This document shows positions 26,100 through 38,268 of a DNA stretch of 64,000 nucleotides, piece by piece. The DNA is from Eledone cirrhosa (taxonomy: Eukaryota). A program made the position numbers and the translations under genes. Location: NCBI GenBank assembly GCA_964016885.1, contig CAXHJY010000304.1, positions 140,070 to 204,069 of the forward strand, written 5' to 3'. The notes below the pieces were generated by a model. It made no database searches. It had not been told where the DNA came from and saw only the letters and a program-made list of their open reading frames with translations. Numbering within the stretch: the stretch's first letter is position 1; each line of letters begins with the position of its first letter.

Positions 26100-27970
26100 C
26101 TCACAGGTGGTACTGGAGACTTTTTCCATTGAGGTCGTTAACTCTAAGTTAACTTCTTCGCCCTCTTATTCCTAGCAAGGTCATGGGAGCAGAGTCCTCA
26201 AACACACCTTCCAGCAAGTCCTGTCAGAAGCAACCATCTCTAATTGATCCTGCTGAATCCCCAACCAAGACCAGCTGAGCCCATGGATGTTTTCCAAACA
26301 TCTTTCTCAGGGTCCATCTTGAAGTTTCCTGCCAGCTGGTTTGTCTGTAAAATCTGTCCAGCAATTCTTTCCTGAGATACTTGAACTTCACCATCTGCTT
26401 CAATGGAACTCCATTCAGATGTAGAGTGCACTGAACAGGCTTCCTTGAGAGGATGAGTGTCTCAGTTTTCACAGCACTGACTTTTATTCCTGCTTTGCGG
26501 AACTCTGCATCAAACCTACCAAGTGCATGTCAGAGATCATTTTCTGACAAATTAATTAATAGCAAGTCATCTGCAAATTCCACCCGTTTAATCCTACTCC
26601 CAACAGTTGTAATGCCACTTCTAACTTGGCTGCACATGTCAATCCTGTTCAAGGAGATTATGAACTTGAGAAGTGAGAGTACACACACTTGGCAGAGTCC
26701 AACTCCCACATTGATTAGTTTCAATTTAGTACCAATTATCCAAACAAATAAATACCTAGGGCATTCATATAGAAACATCAGGGCAAGAAGAAAGTATCCA
26801 TCAATCTCATACTGCAGATACTTCCACAGCAGGTTTCGTGGAATGCACTCATGCCTTTTCCAGGTTTACAAAGCAAGCATAGACCTCTTGGCAGTACTCC
26901 CACGATTTCTCAAAGACCTGCTGCAGTGTGAATATTTGGTTGGCTCTGCTGCATCTGGAGTGAAAACTACACTGTTCATTAGCTAGCTTCAACTCGACAA
27001 TCTCCCTAAATCACTTTGCATAGACTTTACCAGGGAGGCTTAACAAAGGTCTCCCTCTATAATTGGAGCAAATTCTTTTGTCTCTTTTTTTGAAAATTGG
27101 GATTATCACTCCCAATTGCCATTGCTATTTGCCTTTCGAGAGATCCAGATTATCCAGCACTCATGAGTCAGCCAGAGAATACCTTCTCTATTTAAAGCTT
27201 TTAACTTTTCAGGCTGAATTTCATCTTCTCCAACGGCCTTGTCACATTTAAGATCTTTAATTGCTTTTGTTACCTCAGCCTCAGAGAGACTAGTCATTGC
27301 TCCCAAATGTACCTTGTGTACATCAGAAGATGCTGTTGTGTCCAAGTTTAGGAGATCAGCAAAGTATTCTCTCCACTTTGCGAGGATGCATATCTCTGAA
27401 GAGAAGGGAACCCTAATCATGTTCCTGATAGGTGTGGAGGACAGATTATTACGAAGGTGGCAGATGATCTGCTAGAACACTTTATTTGCTGATCTGGTTG
27501 GATTCTAGCTTAACCCCCAAATTTTCTCATATCTTAATTTTGGACGCCTTTACTGTCTCTGCTACATCTTTTCATACATGCTTGTACTGCAAGTGCTAGA
27601 AAGAAGAGCTATTTCCAAGTCAAGCATTGTGGGTCTCCTTCTTTGCTTGGACAGCATCATTGGCCTTTTGATTGAATTAGGGGTCCTCTTGCCACACCAA
27701 GCTGTTTTCATTCACAGCATTGAACTGCTGAGCTAAACAGTCTCCACTCTGTTTCAACATCCTCAGTTTGCTCAGGGAGTGCTCTGAATTTGGATGCAAT
27801 AGTATCTGATCCTAACTTCCTTATCCGCCAAAGCTTCCCACTTTATCCAGTAGGCCAACCTGGACCTGCCAGTTATGTGGGCTTCCTTGGCTTTAGTTAG
27901 TCTCAAGATACAGTTTACTAGATGGTGATCAGTTGACAGTTCAGACACACTCTTAATACTAGGGTGCAAA
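26100..27970 (-). mobile_element. Decayed RTE-clade LINE (end of APE plus RT)
   Basis: STDHHLV, WREYFADLLN, KAVGEDEIQPEKLK, VGLCQVCVLSLL, FADDL and FKYL motifs, frameshifted. Confidence 0.85.
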
Positions 27971-28079
27971 AGTGAGGGTATCTAAGGGCTTTGAGGTGGG
28001 GAGTGGTACTGGAAGGGGCATGGGTGGCAGTGTGCAGTGATGGTTAAGATAGCTGCTGGGGTATGCTAGTGAAGGGTAG

Positions 28080-28690
28080 GAGGCACATGAATGGGTGAGG
28101 TCATATTGTATGCTTGTGGCCGGGTCTTCATCATCATAGCATAGTGCCCACCCTCATAGTCCTTTGTCATTTCTGTTGTGAGGCTTAACTTCTTGAAGTC
28201 AGCCCTCCCCACATCATTCCAAGTCTTCTTGAGTCTGCCTCTTCCACTGGGATTTCTCTACATTTCTTTATGCAGCTGCTATCTTCTATATGACTCACAT
28301 GTCCATACCAATGCAGTATTCTCTCCTGCACACTATATCCAATTCCTCTTATGCTGAGTTTTTCTCTTTGTTCACTTATTCTACATCATTCATGCATACT
28401 AACATTAAACATATAAGTATATTTGCTTCATCTCTTTCCAGCCTTTGCAGGTCTTCTGCAGTCAAAGCCCGTGTTTTACTACCATGTAGCATTGCAGTTC
28501 ACATGAAGGCATCACACAGTCTACTCTTCACTCTGAAAGAGAAGCCCTTTGTTGTCAACAGAGGTGTCAGCTCTCTAAACCTCTTCCACCCTGTTCTGAT
28601 CTTGGCTATCCCACTTTCAGTGCATGCTCCCCCGCTGCTAATTAGATCACCTATGTAACAAAAGCTGTCAACAAATTCTACGGAGCTTCC
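28080..28690 (-). mobile_element. RTE C-terminal fragment related to 15392-16197, older
   Basis: Reverse complement reads FCYIGDLIS, RELTPLLTTKGFSFRVKSRLCDA and AMLHGSKT, homologous to the 15.4-kb copy. Confidence 0.8.
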
Positions 28691-28849
28691 CTGCTAGCGT
28701 GGAAAATGGACGTTAAACGATGATGATATATATGAGCGAGACACGGTCACCCGACCAACCTTGCCTCAAGTGGGACAACTTCCGTCTAACCCATGCTAGC
28801 GTGGAAGATGGACGTTAAACGATGATATGTATATATGTGTGTGAGTCTT

Positions 28850-30800
28850 GGATTCAATCGGGGGTAACCACAATTAGTAAGGTACTCAATACATTAGTAG
28901 AGTGTAAACATCAAGTTTAATATAGAAACACTTCTAGTTCTGTAGATGCCATTTCTATATTAAAATTGATAGGGCGTTAGTCCCGGTGTTTTGGTACGCC
29001 TTTCTAGATGTTTACCTGTAAACATACCGTAGAAATACGAAATTCTAATACATATCTGTATACATCTATGCATAAAGCTAAATCCTAATTCTATTGTCTC
29101 TCAATATATATATGAATATGTAGCAATATCCGTAGGTGTGAAAAGGAAAAAGGAAATCATTGCTCCATCAGGAAGAGAGCAGAAATATTTTATTATTTAT
29201 TTATGTTCATAAAATGGAACAAAAGCGCTGCCGAAGGTTTCAAGGCCCAAATTTTACCATACCTCAGGAATAGAAGAGGCATCAAATTTGTGACTTTTCT
29301 TCAGGTGCTTATATGAGTTTATAAGATACTGTTAAAAGTAAAGCCCGGTAAAAATGTATGTTTATGTAAAAAACGTATAACAAAGGGAAATAACTCCAAG
29401 ATATAAATTTGAAATGTGAAATCATTCACGTGTTAGTGTCTGTATGCTATAGAGATGGTAATATATATTAAAGTATGGAGTAGAGTAGTATAGAAAGTGT
29501 ATTGCATTATGTAATTGTGGGAAAAGAAAGAGAAAGGAAATATAGAATGGAAGCATATAAATGAAATTAAGATGGTTGAAAATCAATCAAATTTGTTGAG
29601 TATTTCCACTTAGCAAACAGATGGGTTTTGAGATCGAGGCATCCTCTAAAAATCTCGCTCTGAGTGCAGTTCAAATAAATATTGTTCAGAGATGACAAAC
29701 CTTGTAATATTCTAAATTTCTCATTCAGACAGAGACATCATTTCTAGATACCATTGGTGCAAGGACTGAGTCTTTCAAGTATTTTCCAAGTGATCTTATG
29801 TAGGACTCGTTTTTCCTTTAATTGCCCGACTTTTTTCACCAGAGTTGTATTGGTTCTCATATCAGGATTCCTGAAGGAGTCGAGATGCGTGTAAAAACAT
29901 TTAAAACGATCTTTCACCATACTGACGTATCTTTCCCTAACTTCAGAATTTTCTGTGTTGTGTGCAATTTCTGCTTCATAGACAATGGATTTGATATTGC
30001 ATTTCTGTTGAAGAGGGCAGTTCTCTTTAATCTTACAAGAGTAGCTTGGATTCAACTATATTCTTTGCAGTAATTTTTTATTTCATAGATGTTCCACATG
30101 AATAGGATATCTTAACGGAATTACAATTTAATATTTTACTATATCCATGTGGTGGAAAATGTTTATCTATTAAATTTTAAAATTTCTTACTTACTTTAAG
30201 GGAAAAACTGTGTGTAAAACAATTTTTATTTTTCTGTTAGTATGGTTGAGTTGGGAATGATTGGGTGTGTGTTTAATTTTGTCCTTAAAACCACTATCTA
30301 GGAAGGCTTGATTGTAGTAAGGCGCAGCCTTATCAAAAATATCCCTGGTTGCTGATAGATTTGGGATCCTACGACTAATATTAGAAACTAAGTTTTTAAA
30401 AACAGCAGGATGGTAGGACATGAGGTTTTATTAATATATTTCAATTTTTCACTAGGCTTATGGTATATGATTTTTTTATACAAAGCTTAGGTTTACATGA
30501 AGAAAATTTGCATTAGTAAGATTTGTACCAACCGTAACTTTATGTACTAGTGAACTAAATGTGTCAATTAAATTTCTATGGACTCTATCCAGAGTGTGTC
30601 CGTTACAATCTTGTGAAAATGAAAGACCATCGTCACAGTATAGACCAAAGAAGTGAGGGGAATTTAGACTTTAGCGTATGAAGAATGTATCAACCAATAA
30701 GATTACAAACATCAGCATTGTCATATGACCCCAAGGAGACATCAAAAGACACAACAGGGTCAAATTCTTCTACCGAAGTAGAACCGTTACTAAATAGGAA
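28850..30800 (-). mobile_element. Decayed Penelope-like element (RT plus C-terminal GIY-YIG endonuclease and terminal region)
   Basis: Minus strand shows FDVSLGSYDNADVCNLIG (about 30750-30695), GLYCDDGL (about 30646-30623), SYHP...ISRRI..LS...IFDKAAPYYNQA...SGF, CKIKENCPLQQKC...IVYEA...RYVS and C-terminal LCLNEKFRIL. Short inverted repeats occur at 28905-28970. Confidence 0.85.
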
Positions 30801-32824
30801 TATACGGTCATATTCCATGTCACTGATATATATAAAAGAGCAAGGAAAGTCTAAAGCGTACACACATACATATCAACCTCATCATCATGAGGTATGTCTA
30901 CTTTCATCAAATTCAATACCATGAATCTTTCGTTCCTATACTGTCCTTATACGTTCAATGTATTTTAAATATGTCTAGCTCTTGATGTTATTCATCCATA
31001 TAAGTTTTGGTTTTCTACTTCCTCTCTTAATATTTGTGGATGCAGTATGGTCAAATGGTCAAGAAGATTGCTTCGTAATCATTAGATCCTAGGTTTGATC
31101 CCACTACATACAGTCTTGTGGGTAAAATTGGGTAGATGGAGACTGTTTGAAAGCTCACCGGATAGATTGTACTTGTAAAACATAGATGAATAGAAAAATA
31201 TAATGCTGTGGAGGAGAAAATGAGAAGAAACAATAATAAAATTTGTTAAGCCACAAGTGAGTCCTGAACAAGCAAACATATGATCAAAGGTATTCAAACT
31301 ACAGCAATCACATCTTTTTTCTCTACATTGCTCAAAGTATCCTTCATTTTTAAGATGCTACAGTGTCATTTAAGGGAGATTTAGCTAATATTTCTAGCAG
31401 TTTGAGTAAGAAATATTAGAAGCCTTGCTGTTGCTCGTATAATGTAATTAAATTTATATCATATGATATTGAACTATGATTTAGAAAGTCGTGGTGTTAC
31501 TGACCCTAAGATTAAGCTTACATCCATCAAGTGAGCAGCATTATCGCTTATATTCACTATATCACTATCCTGTAGGACAAATAGATGATTGGAAATTATG
31601 AGGCCTAACCCTTTCAATTCCATTTTGCTTGAAACAACCATTAAGCTGAAACGTTCTATACGTTTGGGAGAATCGGGCCGTTGACTGCGAGGTTCTCATC
31701 ATCACTAGCGGCTTGCCTAACTGAGGTAACTGGTAATGATCGTGAGGGCGCTTGGTTGTTCCAGTTCATCAGCCTCTCCATCACCCGAGGTAACGCTGAG
31801 CATGTTGGCTTGCCTAAAAAATTATTAGAGGTTTCAGTGCTCCTCGCAATATTGTTATCTTTTGTTCTGGTAGCGGTTTGTTTGTCCGCCCCTTTCATTT
31901 GCCTTTTAATGTATGTGATCCAAGAAATGTGTATTACCTGCTTGTGTTTTTTATTTTTCCTTTTCCTCTTTTTTGTAATATTATTTATACAATTGAGAAT
32001 AAAATTTGTTTAAAGCTGTATATTATCTAAAAAAAAATTTGCATCATAATTTTATGTAAGAACCCTTGTTAAATTATGATCCAAAGACCAGCTTAATAAT
32101 CAGAAAGTTAGTTATATTACTTAATATCTCCAAATTCTTGATTATTTTCAGAAGTATTTTAAAATCACAAGCAGCATCCTTCATTAGAAATCGGGTAACT
32201 AACGAGTTAAACCTTAATTATTTTCATGATCTTAGGGTTAATGTTCTTTCATTCTTAAAAGACTTCCATATGGTTTTTATATCTGTTAGGCCTACAGAGG
32301 AGGTTGTCAGAGACTAGCATATGCACTGAGTCTTTCAATAGTTTTATCTTCCAATGTTGTCCCCTGCGCACAAACTAGAATTTGTTCCACAAGAAGGGAG
32401 GGGTTGATTAAGCATAGTGTTGTAGTTTATATGATGGTTGAAAGTTAAATCCCCGAGTCAGCTGATCTATATAAACTACGAAGAACAAGTAAACAACATC
32501 ACCACTAATACAAAGATACCTCTAGCATGTACAACAGAATGAAAACAATTTATCTAACCCTAAGGTTTAAATAGATAATCTAGTTTTTTTGTAAGAGGGG
32601 AAAGTCAATTAAATTGGCAACAGTACTTAACGTTTATCAACCCCAGAAGGTTGAACTCGGCAGCATTGGCAGATAGATAGATATACACGTGTGTATATAT
32701 CAGCAAAGCATTTAAATAAGATAGCGATCACTATAGGGAAAATAATATTCACATTAATACAGTATTGTTAAATATTGCAATATTAAACTTAAATAAATAA
32801 AATATCACATAAATATCCAACAGC

Positions 32825-32838
32825 AGTTATTTCCCTTG
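32825..32838 (-). promoter_or_regulatory. Candidate promoter motif CAAGGGAAATAACT in the CpG-enriched HM13 promoter/5' UTR
   Basis: agttatttcccttg about 86 bp upstream of the ATG, followed by a CpG-rich stretch at 32840-32900. Confidence 0.35.
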
Positions 32839-32923
32839 TTGCGACGATCCGCTTCGTGGCGCTATCGCATTGGGCGAGATTTAATGTGAAGTCACGCGAG
32901 AGGATAAATGACAGAGTGACAAT

Positions 32924-33118
32924 ATGGCAGATACGACTTCTGAGACAGCATCTGCGTTAAATGCAACAAGTGCAGAGAATGCAACCACAAATGCCACCAT
33001 GCGTGTACCTGCAACACCTGAGGGAATGGTGGTTGCTTACAGTAGTCTTGTTATCATGGCGTTACTACCAATCTTCATTGGTTCTTTCCGTTCCGTGAAG
33101 CACCATAAGGAACAGAAG
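32924..33118 (+). CDS. HM13: Signal peptide peptidase (minor histocompatibility antigen H13), exon 1
   Basis: Luminal N-terminus with three N-A-T sequons, then PATPEGMVVAYSSLVIMALLPIFIGSFRSV, matching SPP TM1 (PSTPEG...AYGSL..MALLPIFFG..RSV). The 65 codons end at donor GTATGT at 33119. No exon 2 was recognised in the window. Confidence 0.93.
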
Positions 33119-33760
33119 GTATGTTCTGTTTAATGTCCCATTTTAATCCATTTCGTAGTGTTTTTTTTTTTTTTGTCATTGTTTTTTAATTCATTTTCTA
33201 TCTACTCCTGTTTCTTTGTTGTTTATCAGTAAAAATATAATAATTAAAATCTTAACGTATGTAATCGTTGGTGTTTTTACTTGAAATTATACCGTCAGTT
33301 TTCCCAACAATCTACCGGCTGTTTGTCCAGATGGCAACTACCACCACGTCTTGATCCCCCCCCCCCTTTTTCCATTCTTTGTAAACAGGATTTCTTAGCC
33401 ACATCACATTACACATCCTCACATGTTTATTTAGAGAAAGGGTGCTTCGTTCTACGTATATAAAAATTCTAGACAATATAAAATAAAAGATACCTGCTGT
33501 TTAATGGATAAACTGAAAGATGTATTTGTGAAAATATTTTTTCTTTTTCCGAATGATTTATTTGCGAAAATGTTTGTTTCGATATCTACCTGTTTATACT
33601 CAATTGGCAATCTCCAATAAATTAGCTCATGGCGAGACAATGAGTCCCAGAAAACAAAGAATCTTGCTCAAGGCTGCGCTAAGACTTACACGTTTCATCG
33701 TTTTATCTGCTACTTTATATAAGTGAAACATTCCTGCTCATATAAGTATTTAAAGTAGCA

Positions 33761-33799
<39 letters not shown>

Positions 33800-34015
33800 G
33801 GAAATCGAAATTGCGTAAGGGTCATGATTTTTTTCTCAAATATTTTATTATTGGTCGCGTTCTATCTGGAATACAATTGTGGAATTAACAGAATATCTTT
33901 AGCAGAAATCCTTCCTAAATTCTAGCTAGATTTATTTCCTCCTCATTCAATGGTTGTTGTATGGAATCCTCGCTATTACTGCTATTATACACATACACAC
34001 ACGCATATATATATA

Positions 34016-34280
34016 TAACGAAGGAAATGTGGTAAGGAACCAGATGGACCATAACGCACCAAAGTACTCAATACTTAGGGTAGTAGAGTGGGTAATAGGA
34101 ACAAGTATGACCCCGACGGCATAGCTCAAGCCGTGTTTCGAGTCCAGAATTAGCCGTCGAAACGGCTTGAGCTCTGCCGTCGGGGTCATACTTGTTCCTA
34201 TTACCCACTCTACTACCCTAAGTATTGAGTACTTTGGTGCGTTATGGTCCATCTGGTTCCTTACCACATTTCCTTCGTTA
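34016..34280. repeat. Near-perfect fold-back element with ~125-bp arms and a 15-bp spacer, flanked by (TA)n
   Basis: Arm 34016-34141 is the reverse complement of 34157-34280 apart from one substitution and one 2-nt indel. Confidence 0.95.
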
Positions 34281-34470
34281 TATATATATATATATATATA
34301 TATATTTGAAATGACGTCACAACGTAAGTGACTATAATAATGGTCGATCATTATTAAATTGTGTGAAGCACCCCTGAAGGCTGATAAAGTGAACAGACGC
34401 CTGCAAGGAAACGAACCGTGCATCGTATATATATATATAGTGGAGTTTCAGAATAAGTACCTCACTTTAA

Positions 34471-34522
34471 TACTCTTTTACCTGTTCCAGCCATCTGGCT
34501 GAGGCCATGCTGGGGCACCGCC
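34471..34522 (-). mobile_element. ~50-bp 3'-end-only insertion of the CR1-type LINE at 59319-60158 or of its SINE
   Basis: tactcttttacctgttccagccatctggctgaggccatgctggggcaccgcc differs from 59326-59376 at about 2 positions. Confidence 0.8.
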
Positions 34523-35407
34523 TTTGGAAATGGCTTTTTTTTTCCTTCTTGGAATTATGCGTTTTAAACAGGTAGCTTTGCGATTCTGCAAAATAATGAT
34601 TTCAGCCTTCCCCTCCCAGAACATGTAAACTAAAAATTTAGGTAAAAAAAACGAAAAGATAGGTTGTTCCTTCCAGTGATTCGCCCATCCAACCTATTTA
34701 AGGATATCCGGCACAATATCCAACATGTCCTTCTTTGGTTAAAACGATGGGGTTGTGAGGAAGATTTGGCTTCTATTTCTAGTGTGTCGAGAGATCACCT
34801 AGAAGCTTCCTGGTTAGTTCATGGGAAATAGAAGGGAGAGCTGGGGTGTATTGTGAGGAAGATTTGGTTATTTCTAGTATGTCTAGTGATCATGTAGAGG
34901 CTTCCTTGTTCGTGAGAAATAGCAGAAGTGAAGGTTGGAGTGTGGTGCGAGGAAGATTTAGTTGCTATTTCTAATATGTCGAATGACTAGTTTCCCCGAG
35001 GACAATTTGCAAGGGGGAATGTTCTGGTTACCTGCCCAAAACAAGGTTCCTATAAACTCTGTCAAATGCGAAATAATAATTTTTTTCATTAAAGAGTTCG
35101 TATTTAAAACATTTTGTCAAATTAGGTTTCAAATAGTATCTTATTGTTTCTACTTTTGGCACGTTGAGTTGAAGGAGAGTTTGGAATTTATTGAGGTGTC
35201 ATGGGGTGGGTTAGTGGTGCTGGTGAAGAATGGAATAATAAAAGTAAGAACTACTGTTCTGTATAGTAGTCTATTGCGGATATTAAAACCGGTTACACAC
35301 ACATACAGATCCTGATGAACGTGATAATATCGATTTATAAAATTAAATAAATAATCGATATATATATATATATATATATATTCATTTTATTAAGACTAAA
35401 TGGTGAG

Positions 35408-35457
35408 TCTTGTTACTCTGGAGTTTCGCCTGTTCATCATAGGGTCATCAGACAAGA
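35408..35457 (-). ncRNA. Type I hammerhead ribozyme motif, possibly crippled
   Basis: Minus strand: UCUUGU-CUGAUGA-C.CCU(augaugaac)AGG.C-GAAA-CUC(ca)GAG-UA-ACAAGA. Helices I, II and III and both core boxes are present with a GUA triplet, but the 10.1-11.1 pair is C.C. Confidence 0.65.
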
Positions 35458-36501
35458 ATTAACGTTTCGTTAGCAGACACAGTATAAATAAAGGAAGATT
35501 CGAAGTGGGGGAGGGCAATTTAATTGAGAAGGGGTAATTAAGATAGGGTGGGCGGATAAATATATATTTAATGATAAAAATATGAAATATATATATATTT
35601 GTTTATTCAATATGTGCTATTTTAAAGCATTGAAGAATATCCGTATCCTTCCTTATTTAAAGCAATAGTGTGAATGCTTTATAGTAGCACATCTTCAACA
35701 TACACGCTTGTGTGCTTATATTACATCAGCAGTTTGGCAATTTCCTAATCCAAACGAAAAGAAATACATTCAACTTATTTTTGTACAACCGTGGAGAAGT
35801 CTGTAGAGTGTTATAGGTAATCGATCGCTTGTATGATATATCTTATTGAACTATCGTTTTGCCCCCGCCCTCCTCTTCATTCAAAACTATGAATGGATTT
35901 ATCTATGGAACGCCATTGGTTCGTTCTGGTTAAATGTTTAGAACTCGCTACCACCTGTGTTGGCTTAGCTGGTCTCCTATATTTCTCAGGTGTTGTTACA
36001 GCTCACACTTATGCAGCTTTAGCTGACCTGCTCCGAGGTGCTGTTTTTAATATTAGGAGACCCAATCTTATAATAAAAAGCAACGTAAAATGAAACATTA
36101 AAACCACAGAAATCTTACTCACGACTGTATTCAACACTTGAGTTCAACACTTTAACTACTAGATCACGCGCCTTCTGTCACCTGTATCTTATTTTAACCT
36201 ACAAACGGCATGTCGTACACTCGCCCCACGTTTTGCCATTGCATTGCCTTTTCTTCTGCAGTATTGTTTGTACAACAGAGCAGTGGGGTTCCGTTTTACT
36301 TGTTTCCGGCATTAGACTGCGGCTATGCTTGGCACCGCCTTGGATTTTAGTCATTCATATCGCCCTCAGTACTTTATTTTCAGGTCTGGTGCTTATTTTA
36401 TCGATCCGGTTTATTTAAGAGTATAAACAAACTAAACATAAACACTGGGAAACACACACGCACTTATATATATATTTCAGAGGTACTGAGCTATCTTCAA
36501 G

Positions 36502-36539
<38 letters not shown>

Positions 36540-36544
<5 letters not shown>

Positions 36545-36725
36545 TCTACTTTAGGCACAAGGCCAGCAATTACCCAGTGCATTACTGGTACTTTATTTTA
36601 TCGACCCCGTAAGGATGAAAGGCAAAGTCAACCTCGGCGGGATTTGAACTCAGATCGTAAAGGGACGTAACTATGCTGGAAAGCATGGCGTCCGACCCTC
36701 TACCGATACTGCCAATCTACCGCCC
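36540..36725 (-). mobile_element. SINE family Z, young copy
   Basis: Nearly identical to 13612-13795. Confidence 0.85.
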
Positions 36726-36766
36726 ACAATATATTAATAAATGGAAACTATTTATAAAACCATAAT

Positions 36767-36832
36767 TATTTTATTATATATATTTCAAGGGCAACCAAGG
36801 CAAATTATGGTCCGCTTTCATCAGATAAAATA
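36767..36832 (-). ncRNA. Minimal type I hammerhead motif (left-arm copy)
   Basis: Mirror image of 36997-37062 with two differences, both in helix II. Confidence 0.55.
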
Positions 36833-36996
36833 CAAATTTGTTTTATAAATAAATATTGACACTCCCGTCTAACCCATGCTAGCGTGGAAAATGGACGTTA
36901 AACGAAGATGATGATGATACCACATAAAGACAACCTTAACGGTTGAAGTTAAGGTTGTCTTTATGCGGATATGTCAATATTTATAAAACAAATTTG

Positions 36997-37062
36997 TATT
37001 TTATCTGATGAAAGCGCACCATAATTTGCCTTGGTTGACCTTGAAATATATATAATAAAATA
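36997..37062 (+). ncRNA. Minimal type I hammerhead motif (right-arm copy)
   Basis: UAUUUUAU-CUGAUGA-AAG...CUU-GAAA-UAUAUAU-A-AUAAAAUA: an 8-bp helix I, a palindromic AU helix III and an AUA triplet, with predicted cleavage after 37054. Confidence 0.6.
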
Positions 37063-37336
37063 ATTATGGTTTTATAAATATAGTTTCCATTTATTAATAT
37101 TGAATATTTACTCCACTTTTTGTTGACTGCTTTATATCAGTTATAACATTTTTTAAGCTTGTTGAATCCCAACAAATTAAATATAACCTCTGCATATATA
37201 TAAGCAAAAGGGATATTTAATTTGTTGGTAATTCAACAAATATATATATATTTATAACTGATTCGAAGCACTCGACAGGTTTTCTGGAGTATAATATCAA
37301 TGATATTAATAAATGGAAACTATATTTATTAATATC

Positions 37337-37434
<98 letters not shown>

Positions 37435-38268
37435 TATATATATATGTGTGTGTGCTTCCACAGTTTCACTCCAAAAGCATTAGTCAACGTTTGTGTTAGT
37501 TCGATGCCCCACCACACTATAAACAAATCAAATGTTTGGCGATAAATGTGTAAAATTTATATTGACCCTTATGTTCAGCAAGAGTGTTGTACAATGTATC
37601 CCCCCCCTCTCTCTCTATATATATATATATTAAAAAGAGAGATGGTTATAAGTATACATCCTCTGTTTATTATATAATACTGTTATACGTATTTCGAAGA
37701 CATTGCAGTGATTGCATTGACGTGTTTTCACTAGACAGGTGTTAAGTTGTAATGTTTTTGTTTTTGATGTGCCACCGTAGTTAAGAACACGATGGTAGAA
37801 GCCCCACTTCTTGTGTGCATATATATGTGTGTTTGTGTGTGTGTGCTTGTGTGTATGTATATCTATATACTACTAAAAATTGTGTGCTTGTCTGTAATTT
37901 AATATAGCCAAAACGGTGCATAATGGGGAAAATGCTTTGAAAGGGAGTTGCTCCTGAAATGGGAATACAAATGGAATAAAGCAAGTTTCACGTAAATTGG
38001 AGCACAGGTTTCCGAGATATGGGGTTTTCTGGGTACCATCATATATATAGAGAGAGAGGAGACAAGGAAAATGGAAGAGAGAGAGAGATAGTGGTGTTGT
38101 TGAATGAAATAACAACAGGTGGCTTCAAAGTATCTAGCTCGAATTTGGTGACTGAATTCGAGTCATATGTATCATAACTTGTGTTAGGACAGGGTGTGTG
38201 TAGCGAATATTTCCTGCTAAATAGGGTTTCTAAGTATGTGTCTGTGACCAGTGTAAATAGTTCAGACA

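Larger units (their letters stand above)
36731..37335. mobile_element. AT-rich double fold-back element, probably Penelope-derived, with a ~57-bp RTE-tail insertion in the left arm
   Basis: 36731-36861 is the reverse complement of about 36972-37100, with a central 18-bp hairpin at 36923-36965. A second imperfect inverted repeat spans 37103-37300, and the terminal motif atattaataaatggaaacta is repeated at 37303. The insert at 36862-36918 is ccgtctaacccatgctagcgtggaaaatggacgttaaacgaa(gat)n. Confidence 0.75.

Noticed and set aside
31656-32013. Two overlapping ORFs in a slightly GC-richer patch upstream of HM13
   Set aside because: Non-ATG or unsupported starts, no recognisable homology, and no convincing splice sites; it may be a regulatory or TE relic but I cannot support a call.
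33947-34423. 158-aa minus-strand ORF
   Set aside because: It runs through the palindrome and TA repeats, with no recognisable domain or splice signals.
35311-35360. CTGATGA boxes at 35312 and 13580 as hammerheads
   Set aside because: No correctly placed GAAA box with helices I-III could be built.
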